A stretch of DNA of 64,000 bases from Malacoraja senta (lineage: Eukaryota). Shown piece by piece: positions 1 to 10,521 of this stretch (its first letter is position 1; the number at the start of each line of letters is the position of its first letter). The DNA lies in assembly GCA_038087875.1 (NCBI GenBank), contig CM075990.1:3598001-3662000 (forward strand), in the 5' to 3' direction. The position numbers and the translations under genes were made by a program. The notes under the pieces are model-generated. The model was not told the DNA's origin. It ran no database searches and saw only the letters and a program-made list of their open reading frames with translations.

Positions 1-580
1 CTGGAGAGAAGGAATGGGCGACGTTTCGGGTCGAGACCCTTCTTCAGACTGATGTCAGGGGAGGGGGCGGGACAGAGATAGAATGTAGGCGGAGACAGTA
101 AGACTGGTGGGTGAACTGGGAAGGGGGAGGGGATGGAGAGAGAAAGTAAGGGCTATCTGAAGTTAGAGAAGTCAATGTTCATACCGCTGGGGTGTAAACC
201 ACCCAAGCGAAATATGTGGTGCTGTTCCTCCAATTTGCGCCGGGCCTCACTCTGACGATGGAGGAGGCCCAGGACAGAAAGGTCAGATTGGGAATGGGAG
301 GGGGAGTTGAAGTGCTGAGCCACCGGGAGATCAGGTAGGTTAAGGCGGAGTGAGCGGAGGTGTTCAGCGAAACGATCGCCGAGCCTGCGCTTGGTCTCGC
401 CGATGTAGAGATGTCGACACCTGGAACAGCGGATACAGTAGATGAGGTTGGAGGAGGTGGAGGTGAACCTCTGCCTCACCTGGAAAGACTGTTTGGGTGC
501 TTTGGTGGAGTGGAGGAGGGAGGTAAAGGGACAGGTGTTGCATCTCCTGAGATTTATGGGGAAAGTACCAGAGGAGGCCA
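1..580 (-). mobile_element. Penelope-like element 3' fragment: GIY-YIG endonuclease end plus 3' region with hammerhead motif
   Basis: ORF 153-629(-) contains NLIYCIRCSRCRHLYIGETKRRLGDRFAEH...HFN...EEQHHIFRLG..P.GMN, the PLE GIY-YIG domain. Downstream on the minus strand is CTGAAGAAGGGTCTCGACCCGAAACGTC. Confidence 0.92.
20..50 (-). ncRNA. Minimal type I hammerhead ribozyme motif (PLE-associated)
   Basis: Minus strand reads agtCTGAAGA-a-GGGT-ctcg-ACCC-GAAA-CGTC: intact CUGANGA and GAAA core, stem II hairpin, very short palindromic stem III ending in GUC. Confidence 0.75.
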
Positions 581-2419
581 TCCTGAAGCCGCGGTCTCTG
601 GTAGGAAAGTGCCGATTTGGGCATTCCAAGTGTGTTCGACCGTCCCGACGTCGGAGTTTGGATCATCCCGACGAGAGGGCCTGTACATCCAGCCGTCCGT
701 AGCGATGACTACGGGACCTGACCACAGATGAACAAAGGAGGAGGGCTGACTGAATGTTGTTGCCTTCCACCACAGTGAAGAATGCTGTGGTGGATGTTTG
801 TGTTAAATTCTATTGTGTATTGTGTGTTCTTTTTTTAAGTGTATCGCTGCTGGCAAATTCATTTCACTGCACCTTCGGGTGGATGTGACCAATAACATTG
901 ACTTTCACTTTAACTTTGACTTTAATTGGATCGGTGTAAATTGTCCCTAGTGTGTGTAGGATGGTGTTAATGTGCGGGGATCGCTGGTCGGTGCAGACTC
1001 GGGGGGGCCAAAGGGCCTGTTTCCGCGCTGTATCCCTAGCCTAAACCAAACTAACGTCCAGGTATGCTTGCCAGGTGCATCTTTACTAAGACATTGGTGC
1101 AGGGGCAACAGGTAACATTCAGCTTTGCCCGGTGTCTGAAGAAGAGTCCCAACCCGAAACGTCACCTTAAAGGGTCTGAACAAGGGTTCCAAATTGAAAC
1201 ATCTCCTTTCCATGTCCTCCACAGATGCTGCATGACCGTTGAGCTACTCCAGCACTTTGTGTGTTTTTTTGTAAGCCAACATCTGCGGTTCCTTGTGTCA
1301 AAATTAATATGAGGGGAATAGAATAGGCATATGGATATTCAGGGCATGGAGGGATATGGATTATGTGCAGGTAGATATGAGATGGTCTTCGCATCATGTA
1401 CAGCACAGACATTGTGGGCCGAAGGGCCTGCTCTTGTGCTGTACTGTTCTATGTTCTATATTCTAAAAGATCCTACACCACACATTTTATTGTCCTTTTA
1501 CAGAACACACATCTTTCCCTCACCAAGGCATATTGGGCTGTAGTCCCGATCTCTCAATCTACCTCATTGAAGCCTTTGCACTTTTTTTCCCCTGCACTTT
1601 CTCTGTAGCTGTAACACTATATTCTAGTTTACAATGTTACCAAAGCCAATTAACCCAGGATATGGGTGGAAGGAAACAGGGGGGAGGGGAAAAAAGGGTG
1701 AAAAGGTGAGTTAATTTCCCTTTTAATCATTAATATATATTTTTTTGTGATTTAAATAATATCCCTTTTATCCCCCAATTTTACCCCTTCCCCCATCCCC
1801 TTCCACCTACATTCCTCCCTCTGGCTTTACATTTCACTCACCTGTATCCACCTATCGCTCACCAGGCTTTGCCCCACCCCTATCCCTATCCCTATCCCTA
1901 TCCCCCCCCCCCTACTACAATCAGTCTGAAGAAGGGCCCAGACTTAAAATGTTGCCCGTGCACTAGTTCAACGGGGCTTTATTTGCCACGTATGTAACTG
2001 CACAGTGAAATGCTTTTTGCATATATTACACATACGGGCGCCGCCATTTTTGCCGCCCAAAGTCCGGTCGGCCCGCGTGTTCGAGCAGTTCCCGCGGACC
2101 GACGTCCCTCTCCTCTCCTCGCCCGGTCTTCTTTGCATCTGCTGTTCCTTGGCACCTCCTGCAGCCGATCCTGAAGGCGCTGGAGGCATTACCACGGTTC
2201 ACCCTCCTACCAGCCCTTGCTCCTCGCGCCCCTCGTCTCCTGCCCCCTCCCGTCCATTCCCCCCACAGATGCTGCCTGACCTGTTGAGTTCCTCCAGCAC
2301 TTTGTGTTTTGTTCAAGGTGCCCCAGCATCTGCAGTTCCTCACATCTCCGCCAACCTTCACCTCTTCTCTAGTCTCTCTGGCCCACAGCTCCTCCTGGTG
2401 GCTGAGCTGAGGTCAGAAG

Positions 2420-2935
2420 ATAGTCACAAAATGCTGGCGTAACTCGGCGGGGCAGGCAGCATCTCTGGGGAGACGGAATGGGTGACGTTTCGGGTCGAGA
2501 CCCTTCTTCAGACTGAAAGTCACGGGAAAGGGAAAGGAGAGATATAGACGATGATGTAGAGAGGTATAGAACAATGAATGAAAGATATGCAAAAAAGTAA
2601 CGATGATAAAGGAAACAGGTCATTGTTAGCTGTTTGCTAGGTGAGAACGAGAAGCTGGTGTGACTTGGGTGGGGGAAGGATGGAGAGAGAATGAAAGCAG
2701 GGGTTACTTGGAGTTCAATATTCATACCACTGGGGTGTAAGCTGCCCAAGTGAAATATGAGGTGCTGTTCCTCCAATTTGCGTTTAGCCTCACTCTGACA
2801 ATGGAAGAGGCCCAGGACAGAAAGGTCAGCGTGGGAATAGGAAGGGGAATTAAAGTGTTTGGCAACCGGGGGATCAGGTAGGTCCAGGCGGACTGTGTGA
2901 AGTTATTCAGCGAAACGATCGCCAGTCTATGTTTG
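2420..2935 (-). mobile_element. Penelope-like element 3' fragment with intact hammerhead motif (2484-2514)
   Basis: ORF 2369-2776(-) starts EEQHLIFHLGSLHPSGMN (GIY-YIG C-terminus); gacgtttcgggtcgagacccttcttcagact at 2484-2514. Confidence 0.85.
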
Positions 2936-3229
2936 GCGGGACTATCAGAAAATGCTTTCACCTAGCGGAGAGAGAGAGAGAGAGAGAGAGAAAGAGTCCA
3001 ACCCAGACCTTTAGCTGTATGTTTTAGAGTCATACAGTCATACAGCATGGAACAGGCCCTTCGGCCCAATTTGCCCATGCTGACCATGCTGCCCCACCTA
3101 TACTGGAGGTAGACAAAAGCCGGAGTAACTCAGCGGGTCAGGCAGCATCTCTGGAGAAAAGGAATAGGCGACATTTCGGGTCAAGACCGTTCTTCAGACA
3201 GAGAGTCGGGGAAAGTGAAATGAGAGATA

Positions 3230-3838
3230 TAGAGTGATACAGTGTGGAAACAGGCCCTTTGCCACAACTCGCCCACACCGGTCAACACGTCCCCGGTACA
3301 GTAGTCCCACTTGCCTCCTCTTGGTCCATATCCCTCCAAACCTGCCCTATCAATGTACCGTTTAACTGTCTCTTAAATGATGGGATAGTCCCTGCCTCAA
3401 CTACCTCCTCTGGCAGTTTGTTCCATGCACCCACCACCATTTGTGTGAAAAAGTTACCCTTTGGATTCCTATTTAATCACTTCCCCTTCTCCTTGAACCT
3501 ATGTCCTCTGGTCCGTGATTGCCCTACTCTGGGCAAGAGAGAGTGTGCATCTACCCCATCTATTCCTCTCATAATTTTATACACCTCTATAAGATTTCCC
3601 CTCATCCTCCTGCGCTCCATGGAATAGAGACCCAGCCTGCTCAACCTCTCCCTATAGCTCACACCCTCTAGTCCTGGCAACATCCTCGTAAATCTTTTCT
3701 GAAGCCTTTTATGATGGACAATACCTTTCCTATAACATGGTGCCCAGAACTGAACACAATATTCCAAATGCGGTCTCACCGACGTCTTAAACAACTGTAA
3801 CATGACCTCCCAACTTCGATACTCAATACTCTGCCTGA
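3230..3838 (-). mobile_element. CR1/HER1-type LINE 3' fragment
   Basis: ORF 3477-3893(-) VRPHLEYCVQFWAP...RRRMRGNLIEVYKI...RTRGH. Its 3' end (gggcctgtttccacactgtatcactcta) resembles the SINE tail. Confidence 0.88.
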
Positions 3839-4047
3839 TGAGACATAGAAGAAATGAATGAAAGATATGTCCCACCTGTGTGCAATTGGCCATTATCCCT
3901 TTAAACTTTTCCTGTCCATGTACCTGTCGAAAATTGTCTTTTAAATGTTGTTATAGTACCAGCGCCAACTACCTCCACTGGCAGCTCGTTCCATACACCC
4001 ACCACCCTCTGTGTAGAAAACCTGCCTAACAGGCGAGAGGAGAGTAA

Positions 4048-4295
4048 AGGGCCTGTCACACTTTCACGACCTAATTCACGACCTCTGCCGAGTTTGCCCT
4101 TGACTCATACTCGCAGCACGGTCGTCACGAGGTCATAGGAGGTCGTAGGAGGTCGTAGGTAGGTCATAGGTAGGTCGTGATGCTAGTCGTAGGTACTCGT
4201 GGCATCAAGTAGGTCGGGGCGTTTTTCTAGCCTGATGAAAAATGTCCACGAGTAAAAAAGGTCGTGAATTAGGTCGTGAAAGTTGGACAGGCCCT
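4048..4295. mobile_element. PIF/Harbinger-type MITE
   Basis: Long TIRs agggcctgtcacactttcacgacctaattcacgacc / ggtcgtgaattaggtcgtgaaagttggacaggccct; TAA TSD at 4045-4047 and 4296-4298; internal ggtcgtagg repeats. Confidence 0.85.
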
Positions 4296-4439
4296 TAAGG
4301 GAGATAATCAGATGAAAAGGAGTGAAAGAGGGTGGAAATGCATGATTAAAGCAATAAATATTGACTAATGAACAGAAAGGTGTGAGCACGGATTAAAAGA
4401 AGAGGATTTTGGATGAAAAATATAGAAACGTGAATGCAG

Positions 4440-4850
4440 AAACGATACAAAACGATAGAACTTTTTTAATCCCAGGAGGGAAATTGATCATAAAAACACA
4501 AAATACATGAAATATTAAATTCAAGTGATGAGTGGAAAGGATTGGGGATGTGCAAAGATTGGGGAGGGGTAGTCAGTCGACCCCACGACAGTCTACCCCA
4601 CAACCTTGGATAGGTTGGGTGAGTGGGCAGATGCATGGCAGATGCAGTACAATGTGGATAAATGTGAGGTTATCCACTTTGGTGGCAAGAACAGGAAGCG
4701 GGATCTCCTGTGGCGTTCTGTGCTGTATCTTGGTGGAACCAGTCTGTTGCTGAAGGTGCTCCTCAGGTTGACCAGTGTGTCATGGAGGGGTGAGCTGTAT
4801 TGTCCAGGATGCTCCGCAGTTTGAGGAGTTTGGAGCATCCTCTCCTCCAG
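4440..4850 (-). mobile_element. Rex/Babar-like LINE 3' remnant carrying a ~93-bp internal CR1 piece (4605-4697)
   Basis: Minus translation ...SPLHDTLVNLRSTFSNRLVPPRYSTERHRRS. The inserted piece translates to DRLGEWADAWQMQYNVDKCEVIHFG (CR1 RT). Confidence 0.6.
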
Positions 4851-5020
4851 GTGTCTGAAGAAGAGTTTTGGCCCGAAACGTTGCCTATTTCCTTCGCTCC
4901 ATAGATGCTGCCTCACCTGCTGAGTTTCTCCAGCACTTTTGTCTACTCTCCTCCAAGATGCTGGTTTACAAAACTAAGACAGAGTGCTGGAGTAACTTAG
5001 CAGGTCGGAGCATCTCTGAA

Positions 5021-6913
5021 TATAATGGACGTGTGATAGCAGCTCATTTGGAAAGCAGTGACAGGATCGGTCAAAATCAACAAGGATTTACGAAGGGGAA
5101 ATCAATCTTGACTAATCTTCTGGAATTTTTTGAGGATGGAACAAGTAGAATGGATAAGGGAGAGCCAGTGGATGTGGTGTATCTGGACTTCCAAAAAACC
5201 TTTGACAAGGTCCAATGCAAGAGATTTGTGTGCAAAATGAAGCACATGTTATTGGGGGTAGGGTATTGACATGGATAGAGAACTGGTTGGCAGACAGGAA
5301 GCAAAGAGGAGAGATTAACGGGTCCTTTTCAGAATACCAGGCAGTGACTAGTGGGGTGCTGCAAGGCTCAGTGCTGGGATCCCAGTTATTTAAAATATAT
5401 ATTAACAATTTAGACAAGGGAATTAAATGTTACATCTCCAAGTTTGCGGATGACACAAAGCTGGGTGGCAGTGTGAGCTGCGAGGAGGATGCTATGAGGC
5501 TGCAGGGTGACTTGGATAGGTTGGGTGAGTGGGCAGATGCTTGGCAGATGCAGTATAATGTGGATAAATGTGAGGTTATCCACTTTGGTGACAAGAAAAG
5601 GAAGGCAGATTATTATCTGAATGGTGTCAGATTAGGAAAAGGGAAGGTGCAACGATACCTGGGTGTGCTTGTACATCAGTCACTGAAAGTAAGCATGCAG
5701 GTACAGCAGGCAGTGAAGAAAGCTAATGGCATGTTGGCCTTCATTGCGAGACGATTTGAGTTTAGGAGCAAGGAGGTCCTACTGCAGTTGTACACTTCTT
5801 CTTGCTTGTTTGAGGCAGCAGAGGTTATGTAACGGCCTCCAGGCTCTGTAGCCAGTTCAATGTGCTGTTGTCGAGGGCCGTGAGGTCTACCCATCCACCA
5901 GGGGGGCGGAGGACAACGCTGTCGACAATGACGTGCTGCTGCTGCGCTGTTTGCTGGTCGGCTCCACACACGCAGGCTGCTGATGGACGCAGCCCCCAGC
6001 GATGCATGTTGGCGTTGAACCGGCCGACCCCCGTGCGGAGCCGGTTCAGGGCGACCCACTCCTTGCGGGGCAGGTCCGAGCTGGGTGGGGCTGTGGTGTT
6101 CGGTGCAACAGTGAATTGAGGAGGTGGTGAAGTCTGTTCCCAGCTGGTTCTCCATGCTCCTAGTGTGTTGAAACCGGAGCCACAGAGGGTCGCAGCATGA
6201 CGGGAGAAGGGGCAATGAGATGACAGGCGTTGTCCACCTCCCCGTGGTGATCCCTGTCAACTGACCTCAGTCAGGGGAACGACAACAAACAGAGACAGCA
6301 ACATAAATAACAGCGAGCAGTTGTACAGGGCCCTGGTGAGACCACATCTGGAGTATTGTGTGCAGTTTTGGTCTCCTAATCTGAGGACGGACATTCTTGC
6401 TATTGAGGGAGTGCAGCGTAGGTTCACCAGGTTAATTCCCAGGATGGCGGGACTGACATATGATGAAAGAATAAGTCGACTGGGCTTGTATTCACTGGAA
6501 TTTAGAAGGATGAAAGGAGATCTTATAGAAACATATACAATTCTTAAGGGATTGGACAGGCTAGATGCAGGAAAAATGTTCCCCATGTTGCGGGAGTCCA
6601 GAACCAGGGGTCACAGTTTAAGAATAAGGGGTCGGCCATTTAGGACTGAGATGTGGAAAACCTTTTTCACCCAGAGAGTTGTGAATCTGTGGAATTCTCT
6701 GCCACAGAAGGCAGTGGAGGCAAATTCACTGAATGTTTTCAAGCGAGAGGTAGATTTAGCTCTTTGGGCTAATGGAATCAAGGGATATAGGGGGGAAAGC
6801 AGGAACGGGGTACTGATTTTGGATGATCAGCCATGATCATATTGAATGATGGGGCTGGCACGAAAGGGCGAATGGCCTACTCTTGCACCTATTTTCTATG
6901 TTCTATGTTCTAT
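5021..6913 (+). mobile_element. CR1 LINE, 5'-truncated, degenerate RT, split by an insertion at 5795-6316
   Basis: ORFs 4868-5269, 5215-5832 (GVLQGSVLG, SKFADDTK) and 6321-6836 (VRPHLEYCVQFW, RTRGH); 3' tail ttctatgttctatgttctatg. Confidence 0.93.
5795..6316 (-). mobile_element. Ingi/Vingi-like non-LTR retrotransposon 3' fragment
   Basis: 11-bp TSD gcagttgtaca (5784-5794, 6317-6327); (GAA)n tail. Minus translation QRLSSHCPF...LPRKEWVALNRLRTGVGRFNANMHRWGLRPSAACVCGADQQT..HV has the C-terminal zinc knuckle typical of the Ingi/Vingi group. Confidence 0.7.
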
Positions 6914-7160
6914 GACAGGTAAAGTTTCGGGTTGGGACCCTTCTTCAGAGTGGAAAATGTAGTCTCTCTCTGCAACGGGAAGCAGATAGATTGAGAAAGG
7001 GGCATAACAGTGGTAAATGGAGTTTAATGTGGGAAAGTGTGAGGTTTGCATCACGGCCTAATGCGGCAACTCGAATGTCCAGGAACAAAGAAGATTAAAA
7101 AGAATGGTTGAGACTGCTCGGTCCAGCAAGGGTACTGATTCCCCCCCATCAATGGGATCT

Positions 7161-7447
7161 TAGTTTTAGTTTAGTTTAGAGATACAGCACGGAAACAGGC
7201 CCTTCGGCCCACCGGGTCCGCGCCGACCAGCGATCCCCGCATATTAACACTATCCAACACCCACTAGGGACATTTTTTACATTTACCAAGCCTACAAACC
7301 TGTACGTCTTTGGAATGTGGGAGGAAACCAAAGATCTCGGAGAAAACCCACGCAGGTCACGGGGAGAAGGTACAGACTCCGTACAGTCGGCACCCGTAAT
7401 CGGGATCGAACCCGGGTCTCCAGCGCTGCATTCGCTGTAAGGCAGCT
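7161..7447 (-). mobile_element. HE1-like tRNA-derived V-SINE (5' end clipped)
   Basis: B-box ggttcgatccc, V-domain-like ctccccgtgacctgcgtgggttttctcc, tail gctgtatctctaaactaaac. Confidence 0.85.
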
Positions 7448-7506
7448 GTGCCTCCACGACTGCACTGTGACTTCTGTAGAAGACGCTGCCTCAAAATGGC
7501 CAAGCT

Positions 7507-7812
7507 GGTGGCGCAGCGGTATAGTTGCTGCCTTACAGCGAATGCAGCACCGGAGACCCGGGTTCGATCCCGACTACGGGTGCTGTCGGTACGGAGTTTG
7601 TACGTTCTCCCCGTGACCTGCGTAGGTTTTCTCCCAGATCTTCAATTTCCTCCCACACTCCAAAGACGTACAGGTTTGCAGGTTAATTTGCTTAGTGTAT
7701 GTGTCAAATTGTCCCTAGTGTGTGTAGGATAGTGTTAATGTGCGGGGATCGCTGGTCGGAGGGGACTCGGTGGGCTGAAGGTGTATCTCTAAACTGAACT
7801 AAACTAAACTAA
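7507..7812 (+). mobile_element. HE1-like V-SINE
   Basis: A-box ggtggcgcagcgg, B-box ggttcgatccc, V-domain, (aaact)n tail. Confidence 0.88.
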
Positions 7813-8598
7813 CTATCTTCAAAGACCCACAACACCCTGTCGATGCTCTCATTTCACTTCTACGATCAGGAAGAAGGTACAGTAGCTTGAAAACCATGAT
7901 CACCAGGTCCAGGTCTTGCATCAGGTTCCTGTACACAACACTACCCTCGGCTTTGAAACATCGACTGGCTTTGATTGTACTTAGGACTTCGGACGTTTGT
8001 TTTGCACTAGTATTGTGGTTATCAATTTATTGAATTTTTTGTTCATTATATATTATCGACGTGTATTATGGCTCGACCTGAAACGTCATCCATTCCTTCT
8101 GTCCAGAGATGCTGCCTGTCCTGCTGAGTTACTCCAGCATTTTGTGTCTATCTACGGTTTAAACCAGCATCTGCAGTTCCTTCCTACATATTATGTTTAC
8201 GGGCCTGTTAAGCTGCTACTATTAATCCTGGTCAGATTGGAGAGGCTAGGACTATAAAATAGGGTAAAAGCTTCAGGGCTGCTGGGAGATTTGGTCAATT
8301 TGGAAGTGCTCTCAGCAGAACTGGGACAAGCTGCAGAGAGGTTCCAATTTGTCTAGAGCCTAGATCCAAGCTGCAGGAAAAGAATAAGAACATCTGCAGA
8401 CCCTGTCAATTAGGTGCAAAATGCAAAAGGTGGATGGCTGCACACCAGACATACACCTTGTAAATAATTGTAAATAATGTTGCAGAGTTCGACTTTGCCG
8501 AGTGTTGATTGGATGAGGTATTGAGCCTTGTCTGGTTTTCTTGCAGATCAGGGTAAATGTTTCTAAGTTGACTTCCATGCGAAGCCCTGTTTGAATAC

Positions 8599-8798
8599 NN
8601 NNNNNNNNNNNNNNNNNNNNNNNNNNNNNNNNNNNNNNNNNNNNNNNNNNNNNNNNNNNNNNNNNNNNNNNNNNNNNNNNNNNNNNNNNNNNNNNNNNNN
8701 NNNNNNNNNNNNNNNNNNNNNNNNNNNNNNNNNNNNNNNNNNNNNNNNNNNNNNNNNNNNNNNNNNNNNNNNNNNNNNNNNNNNNNNNNNNNNNNNNN
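8599..8798. other. Assembly gap (200 N)
   Basis: Run of 200 n characters. Confidence 1.
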
Positions 8799-9370
8799 CT
8801 ATTAAAGGAGTATAAAAAAGGATTTTTTAACTTTTATCAAATTATTTCATAAGTTGAATAACCTTTATTAATTGAAGTAGACACAAAGTGCTGGAGTAAC
8901 TCAGCGGGTCAGCAGCATCTCAGGAGAAAAAGGATGGGTGACGTTTCGGGTCGGAACCCCTCTTCAGATTGAAAGTAGAGGTGGAAAGAACTGGAGGTGA
9001 TGAGAAGACATTAAAATGCTGACACATGGAACTGCAGATGTTGGTTTGCAAAAAAAAAGTGCTGGGGTAACGCAGCGGGCCAGGCAGCACCTCCGAAGGA
9101 CATGAATAGGTGATGTTTCGGGTCGGGAAATAGGTCACAAATCAGGGGTGATCAAAATAAACGTCTGCACTAATCTAACCCTCAGTTTGGTTGCCATCAC
9201 ATTGATGTGAGTTGTCGTGTGATAGAATCACACAGTACAAACACAGGCCATCAGCCCATCTCATCCATGCTGACCAAGATGCCCCATTCAGCTGGTCTCA
9301 TATTGTTGTGTTTGGCTCATAACCCTCTCAACCTATCCAATCCATGTGCCTGTCCAAATGCTGTTTTATT

Positions 9371-9683
9371 TTAGTTTAGTGATACAGCGATACAGAGATA
9401 CAGCGTAGAAACAGGCCCTTCGGCCACCCAGTCCGTGCCGACCAGTGATCCCCGCACACTAACACTATCCTACACACCTACAGGGACAATTTACAATTTT
9501 ACCAAGCCAATTAACTACAAACCTGGTACGTCTCCGGAGTGTGGGAGGAAACCGGAGCGCCCGGAGAAAACCCACGCAGGTCACGGGGAGAAGGTACAAA
9601 CTCCGCACAGACAAGACAGTACCCGTGGTCAGGATCGAACCCGGGTCTATGGCGCTGTGAGGCAGCACTCTACCGCTGTACAC
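9371..9683 (-). mobile_element. HE1-like V-SINE
   Basis: Same tRNA head, V-domain and LINE-like tail on the minus strand. Confidence 0.85.
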
Positions 9684-10151
9684 CAGGTTATCGTACCAAG
9701 GCTTAATTACTTTCTCTGGCTGCTATTCTAAGTTAAGTGCGTTCTTACTGAAATTCTTAACTAATTATTTTCTCAACAAAATGGCCAACAAAATAAGGAA
9801 AGAATTCATGCAGTTAATGATATTTATTGGCTGCAAGTCACAGATTAATTTGTAGGTACCTGACTGCTTAATGTACGTGGGTTAACGCAAACAGAGTTAC
9901 TTAGCAACCAAGTAACAGTTTAATAGAAGTATTTACCAAAGGAAAAAGTGAAGTTAAACGGGGAATTGAGTGTAATGTTGGTGTGGACTAATGATCATCA
10001 GGCATGGAGAGTGATGGCACTGAGATAGGCCCTTCACCCATTTGATCCGTGCTAACCTTCAGCCACCCATTTACTCCAATCCTACATAAGCACCATTTTT
10101 TTTCCTTCATACATTCTCCTCAACTCCTCTCAGATTCCATCACTCCATGAG

Positions 10152-10461
10152 CGGCTCGGTGGCGCAGCGGTAGAGTTGCTGCCTTACAGCGCCCAGAGAC
10201 GTGGGTTCGATCCTGACCACGGGTGCTGCTGTCTGTACGGAGTTTGAAGGTTCATCCCGTGACCGCTTGGGTTTCCCCCGGGTGCTCCGGTTTCATCCAT
10301 GCTCAAAGACGTGCAGCTTTGTCGCTAATTGCTTTGGTAAAAATTGTAAATTATCCCTGGAGTGTGGAGGATTGTGTTAGTGTGCAGGGATCGCTGGTCG
10401 GCACGACTCGGTGGGCCCAAGGGCCTGTTTCCGCCTGTATCTCCAAAGTCTAAAGTCTAAA
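10152..10461 (+). mobile_element. HE1-like V-SINE
   Basis: ggtggcgcagcggtagagttgctgcc...ggttcgatcc...gggcctgtttcc...aaagtctaaagtct. Confidence 0.85.
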
Positions 10462-10521
10462 CTGCACTTCAGTGAGCCAGCCAAGACGATGGGAGAGTGT
10501 GGAGATGTTGCTGCCTTTTGC

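Noticed and set aside
1878..1902. (CCCTAT)n as an interstitial telomere
   Set aside because: Only ~4 units, not CCCTAA, and inside a PLE 3' region.
7507..7580. tRNA genes at A/B-box sequences
   Set aside because: All continue into V-domain and LINE-like tails, so they are SINE heads.
8230..8598. Possible minus-strand exon pair beside the gap
   Set aside because: Strong acceptor near 8372, but all frames end quickly and give no recognisable protein.
8591..8815. 74-aa ORF
   Set aside because: Spans the N gap.
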